A program made the position numbers and the translations under genes. 60,792 bases of DNA from Octopus bimaculoides. Its lineage: Eukaryota. The DNA lies in assembly GCF_001194135.2 (NCBI RefSeq), contig NC_069001.1, positions 8,176,178-8,236,969 of the forward strand, written 5' to 3'. Under the pieces are notes generated by a model. The model had not been told where the DNA came from. It ran no database searches and worked only from the letters and a program-made list of their open reading frames with translations. Of this stretch, positions 13,087-26,689 are shown in pieces (within the stretch, counting starts at the first letter, position 1; each line of letters starts with the position of its first letter).

Positions 13087-13899
13087 TGTTAACATCACTT
13101 TTTACAAAAACACTTGCTCAAGAGAAAATATATAAGTATTAATATCTTTAGTAAATCAATCTCTCAAAAGTCTGGTCTAACTACACACATGGAAGAGTAA
13201 CCATATTAATGTCAAAATTCATTCTATGAATAAAACAATATGACCATCATCTTATTTACAAAGGAATGACTATAAAGCAGTACTTACACCTCATCAGTCA
13301 TATAGCATGGAAAAAGATATGCTAAATGATGATGATGATGATGATATCTACATTGATGAAATAACTTATCTATATTCTTATGGAAGCATTCTTTTAGAAA
13401 AGTCGTGTGTGTATCGGACTTTTTTTCCCTTCTCTGGACCCTTCCTTTCTCCTATTTCTGACAAAGAGCTATGCTCTAAACATTAAAAATCTACTCTTTT
13501 TGCCACCTTTAGAGAGTGTCAGTCAATACATTCCATGTGTATGTCCTTTTGTTGTTTTTTATTTACTTTTAATGTTCAATTTGACTAATATATATATATA
13601 TAAATAATAATAGTAAAAATAACAAGGATTATTACAAAGTAGCATAGCATTACTTTTAATTCCTTTATATATATAGTTATAAAATCTCTAGAAGAGATAG
13701 AGAAATGGATCTTAGCTATCACTCCATGGCTGATGTGAGGCAAATAGCTCGTAACTGGCTAGTTCCATGATCCTGTCAGCTGCTGGGGAATAGTAAGCGT
13801 TCGCTCCCCCCTGCTAGCGATACACCAGCACAATTCTTTATTTATTGGTCATGGGAAGCTGTGCCATGGCCTTTGCAGAGCTTATGAATGTCATAAGAT

Positions 13900-14500
13900 C
13901 AGTTCAGTTAATGATGCTATTGAATAGCTTTAGTCGTAAGTTGCAAGACAAACATTTTAGAAAATTCCAGAAAGCTAGAAAGGAAAAATTATTAGACTTT
14001 TGTAGTTAAATTGGAGAGGGTGGGGGTATGGTAGATCTGGTGAATGAGTCAGGAGTGCCTTAAACTAACCAGTTGTGAAGAGAAGAGGCTACTGAAAGGG
14101 TGGAGAAAGAAGACATCACATTTGTGGGCCAGGTGAGTGTCTTGATGTCAATCGGTCAAATAGCCTTGTTTAGGATGTCTGTATGCAGCATAATCCCAGT
14201 ACTTGATTGTGGACTTTACTTGAGATTTGTAGAGGAGTTAATAGTTGATTGGCAGAAGTATTTTCTCTTTGAAGAAGAATGCCAGTTTCTGTGATGCAAT
14301 CCTTTGTATGTTGGAACACCACCAGTGTTGATAATGAGAGCTCCAGTGTATGTTCCACAATTTGTTGACTAGTCACTAACCCAAGAGTCAAGAGATGAAC
14401 AGAATATAAGGCCAGGCAGTTTGTGCGACAAGGTTCTTTTTTATTAACTCTGAGTCCCAGATCCACAGCACTTGCTTGTAAGGTCAAGCTTGCCAGATCA
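13900..14500 (-). mobile_element. CR1/L2-group LINE 3' relic, homologous to 11090-11610
   Basis: Minus strand AGAAAATACTTC...CTACAAATCTCAAGTAAAGTCCACAATCAAGTACTG aligns by eye to the + copy near 11520-11595. Confidence 0.55.
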
Positions 14501-16137
14501 ATAACATCAAAAGTAGCAAAAGTTTTCAAAAAAATAGCAAATTTAAATAGAAAAGTATTCTTCGTAAGTCAGTTTTAATTCATCTTATTTGATAATTTAA
14601 TATGATCAGTCACGTAGTTCAGGAAGGTGTCATATCCAGCTGCAACAGAAAAAAAGGTAATACCAGATATGTCAAACTGCTGAATCAGGCTATGAAAATT
14701 ACAGGAAAAATTGAAGCTTGCTTGATTTGAATGAGAATTAATGTAGATGAATGAAGCTCAGTCAAATGTCTGAGAGAAGTATTGATGCCCTTTATAATGA
14801 GGAAACTACAAGAGTACCAGGAGTATGAAGAATGTAGTAAAATAATTTTGTCATTATCATTTTGGTGTTCAGAACATATATTAAAATGAAATTTTGATAG
14901 AAGGTTTTGATTTAGATCACTTTAGAATAGAAAATTTCAATCATAGAAGCAGGGGTGGTTTTCTCAGGTGGATTGGAATCAAAAGAGTAAATGATATTTA
15001 ATACAATTTTTACCTTCAAAGATTAATATTTTGATGTAACAAGCAGTCCAAAATGGAAAGAGATAATGGTGACATACAATCCTCAAAAGTGGTTTAAATA
15101 TTTATAGTACCAAATTTTTCATAAATTGTCATCTTGTCTCACAATAGTGTAGATACAAAACCTCACATCCTGTTGTCCTAGTGCTTTTTATCACCTTGTC
15201 TTCATTGCACCATTCCCTTGTAACATTTTCCATGTATCTACTGGCACACTGAAGCAAGCAATTCTGTTGTTAAATGTGCTGAAATTGCAACCTTCAACTA
15301 ACAGCAAATGAAGAGAGATTGTATTCATGTCCTTTTAACCTGTCTTTTTTGTGCTTAGTTTTTCATCTCTCTCTCTCTCACACATACACAAAAGTATTTA
15401 TATATCTATCTATATACCACTAAAACTCTTTGGTTGCTTGCATGCATGCTTGCTTGTAATTTAATACATCTATTAAGTGTGGAGAGAGAAGTATCTGAGA
15501 CAGGAAGATAGCTTTATCTGAGGTGATAGATAGACAAGTGCAGATGTTTAGCTATAGAGAAGATACATGGTTACCCAACATGATAATAGAATTGGGAAGA
15601 TAAGATGGTTGTGATGAGGTATCAAAGCAAAAAAATTTAATAAAATTATATAATTTTTACCAACAACAAAATCATTCCATTGATGGGATAAATACATAAT
15701 AAAAATTTAAACCCTAATGTATATTAGATACAGAATATAAATATGATACCCTACCATGTTATAAGAAAATATTTTCTTTTATGATTTGTGCATTTATTCA
15801 TAGCATAACTGTAGAAGGAGATCAGCCTTGACTTCTGAAAAGACATTCTTTGTTTACCCAGTGTCAAAATGAATCATTGGAATCATTTCTCCTTTGAGTT
15901 TTTTGAAGGAATCATTTTATTAAAAATATCATAATTGTAAGTTATCTCAGCAATGTACAGTTGTGGTCATATAAAATATACTTTGGAACATTGTTATTAC
16001 ACTGTTATATCTTCTTTCCTGAATGAGAACATTTGTTGTTAAGAATCTTTTTATAGAATGCCAATGATATGATTAAGCTTATGTATCAATACATGTAAAT
16101 GTAGTGAACTTGATTAAAGAATGATGTACCACATATA

Positions 16138-17334
16138 TCAATAGCATGGCTTCTCTCTTGAATGAATGCGTTTGTGTCTAGTCAAGTGATCATTTCGAGA
16201 AAATGATTTACCACAGATATCACAGTGATACGGGATCTCTCCTGTATGAATGGGTTTGTGTCGAATGAAGCTAGATATTTGAGAGAATGATTTATCACAG
16301 ACATCACAGTGATATGGCTTCTCTCCTGTATGAATACGTTTGTGTGTAGTTAAGTGACCAGTTTCAGTGAATGATTTACCACAGATGTCACAGTGATATG
16401 GTTTCTCCCCTGTATGAATGCGTCTGTGAGTAATTAAATGACCTTTTTCATAGAATGTTTTATCACATATATCACAACGATATAGTTTCTGTCCTGAATG
16501 AATGCGTTTGTGCTTAATTATGTCATAACTTCTAGAGAATGATTTGCCACAAACATCACATTGATATGGTTTCTCTCCTGTATGTATATTTTTATGAGTA
16601 GTTAAGTTACTTCTTTGAGAAAATGCTTTACCGCATATTTTACAGTGATATGGCTGCTCTCCTGTATGAATGTATTTGTGAGCAGTTAAGTTTGATTTTA
16701 AAGCAAAAGATTTACTACAGATATCACAGTGATATGGTTTCTCTCCTGTGTGAGTGCGTACATGTGTAGTTAAGTGACCACTTACGAAAAATGATTTCCC
16801 ACAGATATGACAGTGATAGGTCTTTTCTCCTGTATGAATATACTTGTGTTGAGTTAATCTATAACTTCCAGAAAACGATTTTCCACAGATATCACAATGA
16901 TATGGCTTCTCCCCTGTGTGAATATATTTGTGAGTAGCCAAGTAATTCTTTTGAGTGAATGACTTGTCACATACATCACAGTGATATGGTTTTTCTCCTG
17001 TATGAGTGCGTTTATGTTTAGTTAAGCCACCACTTTGAGCAAATGACTTACCACAGATATCACAGTGATAGGGTTTCTCTCCTGTATGAATGTATTTGTG
17101 TTTAATTAAATCACCTTTTCCTGAGAATGATTTACTGCAGACATCACAGCCATATGGCCTTTCACCTGTGTGAATACGTTTGTGAGTTGTTAAGTTACTT
17201 TTTTGAGAGAATGGCTTTTTACAGACATCACAGTGGTATAATGTTTTTCTTTTCTCTCTCAGCACGTCAGGAAAATCAAATTTTTTGGACTCTATTGTAC
17301 AGTCAATCTGGTCCTCACATAATTCATTTTCCAT
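16138..17334 (-). CDS. ZNF-3: C2H2 zinc-finger protein, 13 fingers (398 aa from MENEL)
   Basis: The ORF track starts at a GTG inside a TE; the family start MENELCED is at 17334. Acceptor at 17588/17587. Ends HSREKPCY*. Confidence 0.93.
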   Translation of the reverse strand: MENELCEDQIDCTIESKKFDFPDVLREKRKTLYHCDVCKKPFSQKSNLTTHKRIHTGERPYGCDVCSKSFSGKGDLIKHKYIHTGEKPYHCDICGKSFAQSGGLTKHKRTHTGEKPYHCDVCDKSFTQKNYLATHKYIHTGEKPYHCDICGKSFSGSYRLTQHKYIHTGEKTYHCHICGKSFFVSGHLTTHVRTHTGEKPYHCDICSKSFALKSNLTAHKYIHTGEQPYHCKICGKAFSQRSNLTTHKNIHTGEKPYQCDVCGKSFSRSYDIIKHKRIHSGQKLYRCDICDKTFYEKGHLITHRRIHTGEKPYHCDICGKSFTETGHLTTHKRIHTGEKPYHCDVCDKSFSQISSFIRHKPIHTGEIPYHCDICGKSFSRNDHLTRHKRIHSREKPCY

Positions 17335-17412
17335 AATCTTCTGTAACCTCTCTCTCTCTATATATATATATATATTCAGGATTTTCTTCTTTTTTATATA
17401 TAACAAATATTT

Positions 17413-17542
17413 GGCATCCAGCTGTAGAAACTCTGCCAAATCAGACTGGAGCCTGGTGTTGCCATCCGGTTTCACCAGTCCTCAGTCAAATCGTCCAACC
17501 CATGCTAGCATGGAAAGCGGACGTTAAACGATGATGATGATG
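17413..17542 (+). mobile_element. 5'-truncated retroposon 3' tail, (GAT)n-ended, inserted in the predicted ZNF-3 5'UTR
   Basis: GGCATCCAGCTGTAGAAAC...GGACGTTAAACGATGATGATG, same family as 32597-33068 and 38866-39270. ATATTT at 17407-17412 and 17543-17548 is a candidate TSD. Confidence 0.85.
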
Positions 17543-17852
17543 ATATTTCCATCAGCTGTTACCATTTATGCCACTCTTATTTGATATCTGAAATGATTGA
17601 GAAAATAACTGAAAAGCAGAGATTCAACAGTAGAAACTTTAATACATTATTTTTCTCATAAACTTTCACCTGAAAAATTTAACTCTACTTTTTAATATGT
17701 TCTTAAAATTACATCACCTTATGTGATGTCTACATATCTGCAGACTACATCCACACCTTTACTTTTTACTTTTTAAAATTTCATCAGACAACCTTGTGTA
17801 AAGTGAACATATTTCCAGACCAAACCTCCATATTCTATAACACATATGTTAA

Positions 17853-18072
17853 CCCTTTCGTTACTGTATTTATTTTGAGATGTTCTGCGTTTCTTTCAAT
17901 TACTTTAAATATAACAAAGAATTTAGTAAAATAACTTAGTTTTCATTCAGCTAGTGTTAGGAATAAAATTTGTGACTAAGGTTTGGTGGAAGATTTTAAT
18001 TCGAAACTTATGAAAACAAGACATTTGTACTCAGAGCCAGAGCCAGTTTCAGCTGGGTTAGTAACGAAAAAG
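17853..18072. mobile_element. piggyBac-type MITE
   Basis: TTAA|CCCTTTCGTTAC ... GTAACGAAAAAG|TTAA. Confidence 0.75.
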
Positions 18073-19054
18073 TTAAACTAAAGAAAAACAGTTGATGAAA
18101 TTCTTTTCTCTCCAGAAACATCATTCATCATTGCTCAGTTACTCAGCTTAAAAATAAGTCTTGGAGCCGATTTGTTCAACTAGACTAAAACAGTTCGAGG
18201 TGGTGCCCCAGCATGGCCGCAGTCAAATGATATCGATATTGACAAGTGAAATTAGTAAAATTAAATTTGGTGGGGATTAATCTGGAATTTTACGTAAACA
18301 AAATATTCTATTTCAACTGATAGAAGATACATATGTATTTTCCCACCAACTTATAATACAACATGCTTATTTATCACGTATTGATTTTCAGTTCATAGAA
18401 AATCAACAAAAGAAAAAAAGAAGAAAAAAACACTCAGGATAAAAACCAACTTTTTAAAAATAAATTTACATTAATGTTTGTCAAGGTTCCGTTTACATAT
18501 TCTTCATCTGGACCCAATTTATTATTGAGTTTCTACTAACATAATTATGAAACACCTGCAAACTAACGGAATGAATATCTATTCACAAACAACTGTGAAG
18601 AATAAAGATTCTCCTTTTCTCTGGCCATTAAATAATTTTCTGTAGAGCTTTGGAATAAGATATCCGATACCTCATGAGAAAGGAGAAGGATATTCATTAT
18701 TTTAGAATTACTGTATTTCTCACAAAGGAAATTGGCATTCCTTCGATATAACTCGAGAATTGAAGACAATAACAACTCTAGAAAAAGATATTTCCTCGTC
18801 GTGACTTAGGTGTACAGAATAAGACTTCCACTGAAGTAAGCTCCATGTATGATATAACTTGTATTAAATATGTGGTCATCATGGAACTTTCCGACCGTGA
18901 CGGCCACTGGATAAAAGGAAACAAGGTTACGGAAGTGGTAGGCAAAAGATATTTAAAAAAGGGCATAACTACAGAGGCATATTGAAGTTTTTCGAAAATA
19001 ATTGTTTTCAGAATTAATCTCGTTGAAAGAGAACGTTAAAGTAAATCTTAATCA

Positions 19055-19182
19055 ACTTACCTTTCACAGGTGTAAACAGTGAATATAGCGGGTTGTATCT
19101 TTCACCAAGCTATGAAAAATTCGAATCTTGTCAAAACTATGCAACGAAGCAAATTTCATATCTTTCGCCGCAGTTTCGATAC
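19055..19182 (-). promoter_or_regulatory. Putative TSS motif and non-coding exon 1 of ZNF-3
   Basis: Minus strand GTATCGAAACTGCGGCGAAAGATATGAAATTTGCTTCGTTG ... GTGAAAG|GTAAGT (donor at 19060). Homologous to 95-270. Confidence 0.55.
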
Positions 19183-19472
19183 AAAATATATAAATAGGAG
19201 AGAAAGTGAGAAATAGATGAAAAGAATAATGATGAAATGGTAAAGAAATATATAGAGACTTAATATGAATATGATGATCGGAAGATAACCAGAGATGTTA
19301 TCCATCCGATCTCCACCACCCCGCCCTCATGTTCACGTCCGTTTTTCTTTGTTTACGTATGTTGGTCGAATTCAATGCCTTATCATTTTCGTCGTGGAGT
19401 TCAGTCTCCAGAGATTAATCTTCACTATTTCTTTCCGTGTCTTCTTTGACTTCCATGTTATATAGGAACGGT

Positions 19473-19840
19473 GGAGGCGCAATGGCCCAGTGGTTAGGGC
19501 AGCGGATTCGCGGTTTCGATTCCCAGACCGGGCACTGTGAGTGTTTATTGAGCGAAAACACCTAAAGCTCCACGAGGCTCCGGCAGGGGATGGTGGCGAA
19601 CCCTGCTGTACTCTTTCACCACAACTTTCTCTCACTCTTACTTCCTGTTTCTGTTGTGTCTGTAATTCAAAGGGCCAGCCTTGTCACACTGTGTTCACGC
19701 TGAATATCCCCGAGAACTACGTTAAGAGTACACGTGTCTGTGGAGTGCTTAGCCACTTGCATATTAATTTCACGAGCAGGCTGTTCCGTTGATCGGATCA
19801 ACTGGAACCCTCGACGTCGTAAGCGACGGAGTGCCAACAG
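19473..19840 (+). mobile_element. tRNA-Arg-like SINE (family B; possibly an octopus OR-type SINE)
   Basis: Head GGAGGCGCAATGGCCCAGTGGTTAGG...GGTTTCGATTCCC with A/B boxes. Near-identical to 34001-34392 but lacks the segment between two CGCGGT repeats. Confidence 0.85.
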
Positions 19841-20644
19841 CTATATAGCTTTTCTTTATGCTTGCACCAAATATTCTCTTTTGCATTCTACATCTAATTT
19901 CTCTTCCTATCTAAATTACCCTGTCTACCATACTGCTGTTAACTTGAAAGGTTGGCTCGCAATAGATTCTCTCTCCCACGCATTCTTCACACTAAGTGTA
20001 CACATACACACGCATTAACCACATGGTTGCAAAGCCACGTAACTTTACAATGTACCTTATAAAAATATATTTTAATAACTAGGCATTCAGTGCCAAGAAA
20101 TACCCCTTACTTCAATTCTTGTGGGCCCTCCATAAATCATAAGTGCAACCAAATTAAACTTGTCTTAACTAGAATACTACAACTGCTGCACCTTGTTCAA
20201 ATAATTAGTAAGGAAATAGACACCAGTACAATATAACCTCTAACCACATATATACTATTTCTTTTCACTGCTTCTTGTGGCTCTGCTAAAATTATTTCTG
20301 CTCAATGCATATAGCTCTACTGGTGACATCACCCCATGAAACTCCTTACTCAATCATTTTCTATCCCTGAACTGTTATTTATGTAAGCCCTTCACTTCCT
20401 ATAAAGTACAGAACATTGATGACTTTTCTCCACTGCTCTCAACTCTGGACTGCCATTTCTACTTCTCTCCAGTTGGATCTTTGCTTTTTTTTCTGCACAG
20501 CACCATGTTTCCCTGAGGAAAGACCTTTCTCTCCCAAATCTTGATGGTTTTTGTATGTATGCCCTTCCTGACACCAACCCCCACCTGTTTCCAAGCAAGG
20601 TAAAAAAACTCTATCGATCCAAGGAGACAACACACACACACACA

Positions 20645-21098
20645 GATATGGCTCCTGTGTGGTTAAGAAGTTTGCTTTGCAACCTCCTGGTTATGGTTTC
20701 AGTCACTGTGTGGCACTTTGGCCAAGTGTCTTCTACTACAGTCTTAGTTCTGACCAAAACATTGCCAGTGAATTTGGTATATGAAGACTGAAAGGAACCT
20801 GGCATATACAGATATCTTCGTGTGTATGTGCAGGAGTCCATGACGTTTTGTCTTGGCATTGTGTGCAAGTTGTAAACAAGCATCACCGTCATACAAGGTG
20901 TTGTTTCACTTACAATCTTCCATGAGAACACCATCAGTGAGTGCACTGTTTGTGTTCGGAATACTAAAGGAAATATTACCTTGCTAAGAAGCAGGTGATG
21001 TTTGGTGACAGGGAGAGTATCCAACCATAGAAAGACTACTTCCACAAATTTGATCTGATCCATGTAAGCATGGAAAAGAGTTTGTTGAAATGACAATG
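20645..21098 (+). mobile_element. Degenerate CORE-type SINE with a retroposon-type 3' tail
   Basis: tRNA-like head, CORE-like GTGGCACTTTGGCCAAGTGTCTTCTACTA, tail CCATGTAAGCATGGAAAAG...GAAATGACAATGAT. Confidence 0.6.
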
Positions 21099-21169
21099 AT
21101 AGATAGACAGCTAAATTTATGAATCATCTTACCATCTTTGATTTACATTAAGAGTATCCCAATACATAA

Positions 21170-21855
21170 GAGACGTTATGCTCACAACACTGGCTTATCC
21201 TCTTTCGCCATTGCTCTGTAATCACCTGCTCGATCTGTAGAAAAGGTGTAGGTAGAAACTCCACAAGATGTACCTGGTGTAATCTTTGGACACATAAGAG
21301 GTGCAGCAATATCAAAGGAAGGTTAATTGGGAAGATAGTGTTTGTGTGTGGAAGATGCACAGGTACAATAAACACTGAAGATGTACAGAAAGCAGATTCC
21401 ATCACATGCTGGGTAGGAAAACTAGAAGTGATTGACAGCTTCCGTTACCTAGGTGACCAAGTCAGTAGTGGGAAGTGGTTGCTCTGAGAGTGTAGCTGCT
21501 AGAATAAGAATAGCCTGAGCAAAGTTCAGAGGGATCCTACCTCTGCTGCTAACAAAAGGCCTCTTGCTCAGAGTGAGAGGTAGACTGTATGATGCACGTG
21601 TGTGAACAGCCATGCTACATGGCAGTGAAACATGCGCTGTGACTGCTGAGGACGTGTAGGCTTGAAAGAAATGAAGCTAGTATGCTCTGCTGGATGTGTA
21701 ATGTCAGTGTGCATACGACAGTGTAAGCACCTGAGAGAAAAGTTGGACACAAGAAGCATCAGATGTGGTGTGCAAGAGAGACGACTGCGCTGGTATGGTC
21801 ACATGTTGCGTATTGATGAGGACAGCTGTGTGGAGAAGTGGCACACCCTAACAGT
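21170..21855 (+). mobile_element. RTE-clade LINE, RT C-terminal relic
   Basis: CSICRKGVGRNSTRCTWCNLWTHKRCS; LEVIDSFRYLGD; GRLYDA; LREKLDTRSIRCGVQERRLRWYGHMLRIDEDSCVEK. Confidence 0.85.
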
Positions 21856-22599
21856 AGAATTCTATATTTCTAACCCAGTTCTATCAGAACTTGATCAAAT
21901 TTTTAATCCTGTTACAATATCGTATTTTTCTTTTCTTTAAATATTCTTTATTGTAACAGAAATATTTTCTACTCAATCAAGGAACGCTGTTGATGAACAA
22001 TTATATTTTAGAAAAATTTTACAAGTACAGATGCCCTTGAAATTAATGACGCTTCATCATTAACTATACACATAATTTTTGTCAATTTTACAGAAAATGT
22101 CATTTCTTGATAATTCAGTAATGAGCTCAGAAACACTATAATAAGAGTTTTAATTTTTTTTTTATCATTTAATATATTTACAATTGATTAGAATTTAATT
22201 CAAAATATTCTTACACTTTGTTTTGTAATGAAAGTTTACAGAGGTTTTTTTCTTCAATCAACATTGAAGTTACATACTTTCACCATTCAAAAGAAATATG
22301 AAAAGATTTCAAAGATTCCCAATTGCAGGATTCACACAATGAGAAAAACCCAGTTTCTGTTTTCTTGTGTTTTTAGTAAATGTTGCACATAAATATTGTT
22401 CAGCATTCCAATAACTGGACCAATAAAATTTTAAATTTACATTTATGAAAGAAATCTGTTCTATCATAACTGAAAACACATTTTCAGATGTTTCATGATG
22501 TGAAGCATTGGAACTTCGTTACTTCATTAAAGAACCAATCTTTCACACTTTTATGATATTGCATTCTGAGGGTCTTATATTATAAGAAAATAATATTTA

Positions 22600-22880
22600 A
22601 ATAGAGTAAAATCCAGAATCCAAGAAAAATGTTGATGACCTGGGCCAACAAAAATCTGTGAGAAAATAGGTAAGGTTTGGTTGTTGTGAGGAGTGTAGCA
22701 TGTTTCATGGCTTTGGCCCTTCATGTAAGTGCAAGGAAAAGAAGAGAAAATAATTGAGCCTGAAGAATTAATTTGGTAGGCTGAAGAATAGCCAAGCAAG
22801 AGGGATGATATAAATAGGTGAGAAATCAAGGTAGGGAGCTGGTGAAGGAAATGGATCGAAAAGTTGGTCTGTAAGGTAAA
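22600..22880 (-). mobile_element. Decayed LINE RT relic
   Basis: Minus strand FRSISFTSSL resembles YRPISLTS; otherwise degenerate. Confidence 0.35.
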
Positions 22881-23011
22881 CACATCACTCAAACAACCAC
22901 AAAAAGAGATATGGTTAAAGTGATTGGCTAAAATTAAGTGTGGACAGAACCAAAAACAGGAAGGTAACTAAGCACAGAACAACACATTACAAGCATGGTA
23001 CACAACAGATG

Positions 23012-23785
23012 TCATTTAACTGGATTTTCTCTTGTATGAATATACATGTGTCTAGTTAAGTGTCCACTTTGTGAGAATGAATTATCACAGATATCACAGT
23101 GATATGGTTTCTCTCCTGTATGAACACGTATGTGAGTAGTTAAGTGATAATTTTGAGAGAATGATTTACCACATATATCACAGTGGTATTGTTTCTCTCC
23201 TGTATGAATATATCTGTGAGTAGTTAAGGAATTTCCATGAGAGAAGGATTTATCACAGATATCGCAGTGAAATGGTTTTTCTCCAGTATGAATGCGTTTG
23301 TGAGTAGTTAAAAGAATTTTTTGGCAGAAAGATTTACCACAGATATCACAGTTGTACGGCTTCACTTCTGTATGAATATGTCTGTGTTTAGTTAAATCAC
23401 TGCTTCCAGAGAATGATTTACCACAGATATCACAATGGTAAGGAGTTTCTCCTGTATGAATGCGTTTGTGAATAGTTAAATTATATGGGGCAGAGAAAGA
23501 TTTATCACAGATATCACAGTGATATGGTTTCTCTCCAGTATGAATGCGTATGTGTGTAGTTAAGTGATGATTTCGAGAAAATGATTTACCACAGATGTGA
23601 CAATGGTATGGTTTCTCCCCTGTATGAATGCGTTTGTGAATAGTGAGGTTACATTTTTGAGAGAAGGATTTTTTGCAGACTTCACATTTGTGTACTTTTT
23701 TCCCTATTTCTTTTGGCATCTCATTAGAAAAAATTATTCCTTTTGGACTCTCTTTTACATTTAAACTTGTATTCACATAATTCAT
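23012..23785 (-). CDS. ZNF-4: C2H2 zinc-finger protein, 8 fingers
   Basis: First in-frame ATG is 23785 (MNYV), alternative 23719 (MPKEIGK); the ORF-track start 23812 is a GTG. The family MENEL ATG at 23792 is out of frame (22-codon ORF, stop 23724-23726). Acceptor at 24082/24081. Ends HTRENPVK*. Confidence 0.88.
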   Translation of the reverse strand: MNYVNTSLNVKESPKGIIFSNEMPKEIGKKVHKCEVCKKSFSQKCNLTIHKRIHTGEKPYHCHICGKSFSRNHHLTTHIRIHTGEKPYHCDICDKSFSAPYNLTIHKRIHTGETPYHCDICGKSFSGSSDLTKHRHIHTEVKPYNCDICGKSFCQKILLTTHKRIHTGEKPFHCDICDKSFSHGNSLTTHRYIHTGEKQYHCDICGKSFSQNYHLTTHIRVHTGEKPYHCDICDNSFSQSGHLTRHMYIHTRENPVK

Positions 23786-24284
23786 TTTCCATAATTTTTC
23801 TTCTCTCACCACAATATATGGATATTTTCCTTGTGTTTTTATACTTTATTTTAACAATTTCTTCTGCTATAGTTCGATCAACTGTGACTTCTATCAATAA
23901 TTTCTTTGTAAATTTATGTAAGTTGAATTAGAATACAGATTCATCTTCTACACATTCCAAACAGTGAAACAGAAATTTTGCTGCTAATCTCACAGCAATT
24001 TCTTCATATCTTTATAAACACGGAGTTATATCTGTTCTATGTGATTTTTTTTTCTTTAAAAGATGAAAAATGATGATGGACCTGAAATAAAAGAGAAACC
24101 ATTTAAAATATGAAGTATACACAAAAATAAGAGATTCAAACACTGATAAATTATAGAAATAAACCTTTACATGAATAATTAAATTTTACATTCAAAGCTG
24201 TTCTAAATATTACAACATACAACTGAATGGACAGACTACATATTTTCATATTACATTTACTCCTCCTGATAATACTGATTTCAA

Positions 24285-24460
24285 ATTTTGGGCACAAGGC
24301 CAGCAATTTCGGGGGAGGAGGTAAACCGATTACATTGACCCAGTGTTCAACTGGTACTTATTTTATCAACCCTGGCAGTATTTGAACTCAGATTGTTAAG
24401 TCGGAAGAAATGTTGCTATGCATTTTGTCTGGTGTGATAACGATTCTGCCAGCTCCCTGC
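24285..24460 (-). mobile_element. tRNA-derived SINE (family A), partly deleted
   Basis: GGCACAAGGCCAGCAATTTC...CAACTGGTACTTA...TTTGAACTCAG...ACGATTCTGCCAGCTC. Confidence 0.75.
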
Positions 24461-26331
24461 TTTCTGATAATGTAATATTATGTGTTAAACAAAATTGTGG
24501 ACAAAAATAATCTTCTCTATCCAGAAGCATAATTTCTTGATGTAATTGTTATTTAACCCAGGCCAGTTCCAATACAAATTGTTTTCAGGGTACTATGAAT
24601 TTCATGAGAATGAATTTTAAGTTGGAAAGTGTCAGGTAGTATTAGTGATTCCCAATAATCAATGTAAACATGTCTGGCCATGGGAATATATTACCTTGCT
24701 TGGAAACACGTGAGCATTAGCAGCAGGAAGGGCAACTGGCTGTAGAAAATCAATAAACTTCGTCTGATCCATGCAAGCATGGAAAAGTAGACATTAAACA
24801 TAAACATGAAAGACTGACATATTAAAAAAGATCTTTCGGCAAATTATCAAAACCAAATAACTCAAGTAAGAAGTATTCAATAAGCGACATCATTGTCTAG
24901 ATCTCGCTGTTCAACAAAACTCCTTCAGAAAATTCTCCAGACAAAAATGAGTATTCAAGCAAAACCATTCTATTGTAGAATAAAAGTTGTGATTACTCGA
25001 TCTTTTACTTTTTGGTGTGTGTGTAATTAGTTTTGTTTTAGTTCGTTTTTCTTCATATGCATATTTTAAAACTATCTTTAAAGTACTTGCAGTTCGCATA
25101 TGGAAATGTTAAAAAAAAAGAACCATATGCTTAACAAGAACTGTAGTTTGGGACACAATGTATTAAGAATAGCGAAATGGATAAATGTTTAATATCTTAT
25201 GAGGGCAAGTAGCGAAAGTATTAGAATTATTTACCTATGTTCGATTGAAATTTACAGTTTATGTGTTAGAAGATAATTGATGACTAAGGTATTAAAATGA
25301 TATGAAATGCAAACCAACAAGTTAAATAAACGATCGATTAGTTAGATGGATAGATATTGAACTGATTAATAATAAAGGAGTGCAATTGAACCAGCGTGTG
25401 TGTTATTATTATTATTGGCGTAATAACTCTCCCTAGATTCAGCAAAATTCGTTTCAACACACGAATTCACATTCAGTCTTGCAAACCAAATACAAAAACG
25501 AAGCAAGCTATCTCTTTTGTGGATATTAAAATTTAGAAAATCATGAAAATTGAATGGAGTGTCGTCGACGGGAAAAACGAAACAATGAAAATAAGAAGGT
25601 GAGATTATTACTTTTGCAAAATTTCTTCTTTACTTTCTTTACTTCATCTCATTGAGCAAATGAAAACAAATAGCTGTAATGTCGAATGACACGAATAGAG
25701 TACAGGTGTTTATATTAAATAATAATACTTACAAAAATTAACGAGGAAAAGTCACAATATGTCTAAGTAGGTCAGAATTGAAGTCAGAGTAGACAATGTC
25801 AGCTTCAAGAAAGCTTGTAGATTTCACAACACATATTGACTTACATCTTTCGATTCAACATAATAAAGAACGCAGTAGCTATGTCTTTACACAATTAATT
25901 ACCAATCATCTACACTTAATTCGATGTCGATGTTAACTGGAGCTGACAAGGTGGTGCACTAGATGCTATTCAAACAATAACATGGAAATGGACAATTATT
26001 TGTAAATTTTTAAGTGTCAGGGGAAGTAACTCTATCTTCTTTTTTTTTTTTAAATCTTTAAGCTTATCCTTGAGTTTCTATTTCATGAAAATATTTTATC
26101 TTTCACTTGTTTCACTCATTAGACTGATGCCATGCTGGAGCACAGCCCTTGAAGAGTTTAGTCGAACAAGTCGATTGCAGTACTTTTTTTTTTCTAAGCT
26201 TGGTACTTATTCAATCTGCGGTGGAGGTAAAGAATACGCACACCACCCGTTTTCAGCGTAACAAAAATCCCTAACCCTAAATACCGGGTGTGCGTATTGT
26301 TTACCTTCGCCCAATCTGCTCTCGTTTTGCT

Positions 26332-26567
26332 NNNNNNNNNNNNNNNNNNNNNNNNNNNNNNNNNNNNNNNNNNNNNNNNNNNNNNNNNNNNNNNNNNNNN
26401 NNNNNNNNNNNNNNNNNNNNNNNNNNNNNNNNNNNNNNNNNNNNNNNNNNNNNNNNNNNNNNNNNNNNNNNNNNNNNNNNNNNNNNNNNNNNNNNNNNNN
26501 NNNNNNNNNNNNNNNNNNNNNNNNNNNNNNNNNNNNNNNNNNNNNNNNNNNNNNNNNNNNNNNNNNN
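26332..26567. other. Assembly gap (236 N)
   Basis: Directly visible. Confidence 1.
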
Positions 26568-26689
26568 TATATATACTAGCTGAATGCTCGCATTCTAGAC
26601 AATAAATAGTGTTTATGGAATCAAGCAAACACCTGTTCTAGAGAAAGAGTGGCGATCTTCCCTGGCAATCTTACGGTACAATACCTAGA

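Noticed and set aside
17335-17475. 47-aa N-terminal extension of ZNF-3 in the ORF track
   Set aside because: Starts at a GTG inside a retroposon tail and runs through a microsatellite; the family start is 17334.
23786-23812. ORF-track start MVREEKLWK for ZNF-4
   Set aside because: GTG start in the conserved 5'UTR; the first in-frame ATG is 23785.
26194-26628. ORFs of 97-144 aa spanning 26.3-26.6 kb
   Set aside because: Artefacts of the N gap.
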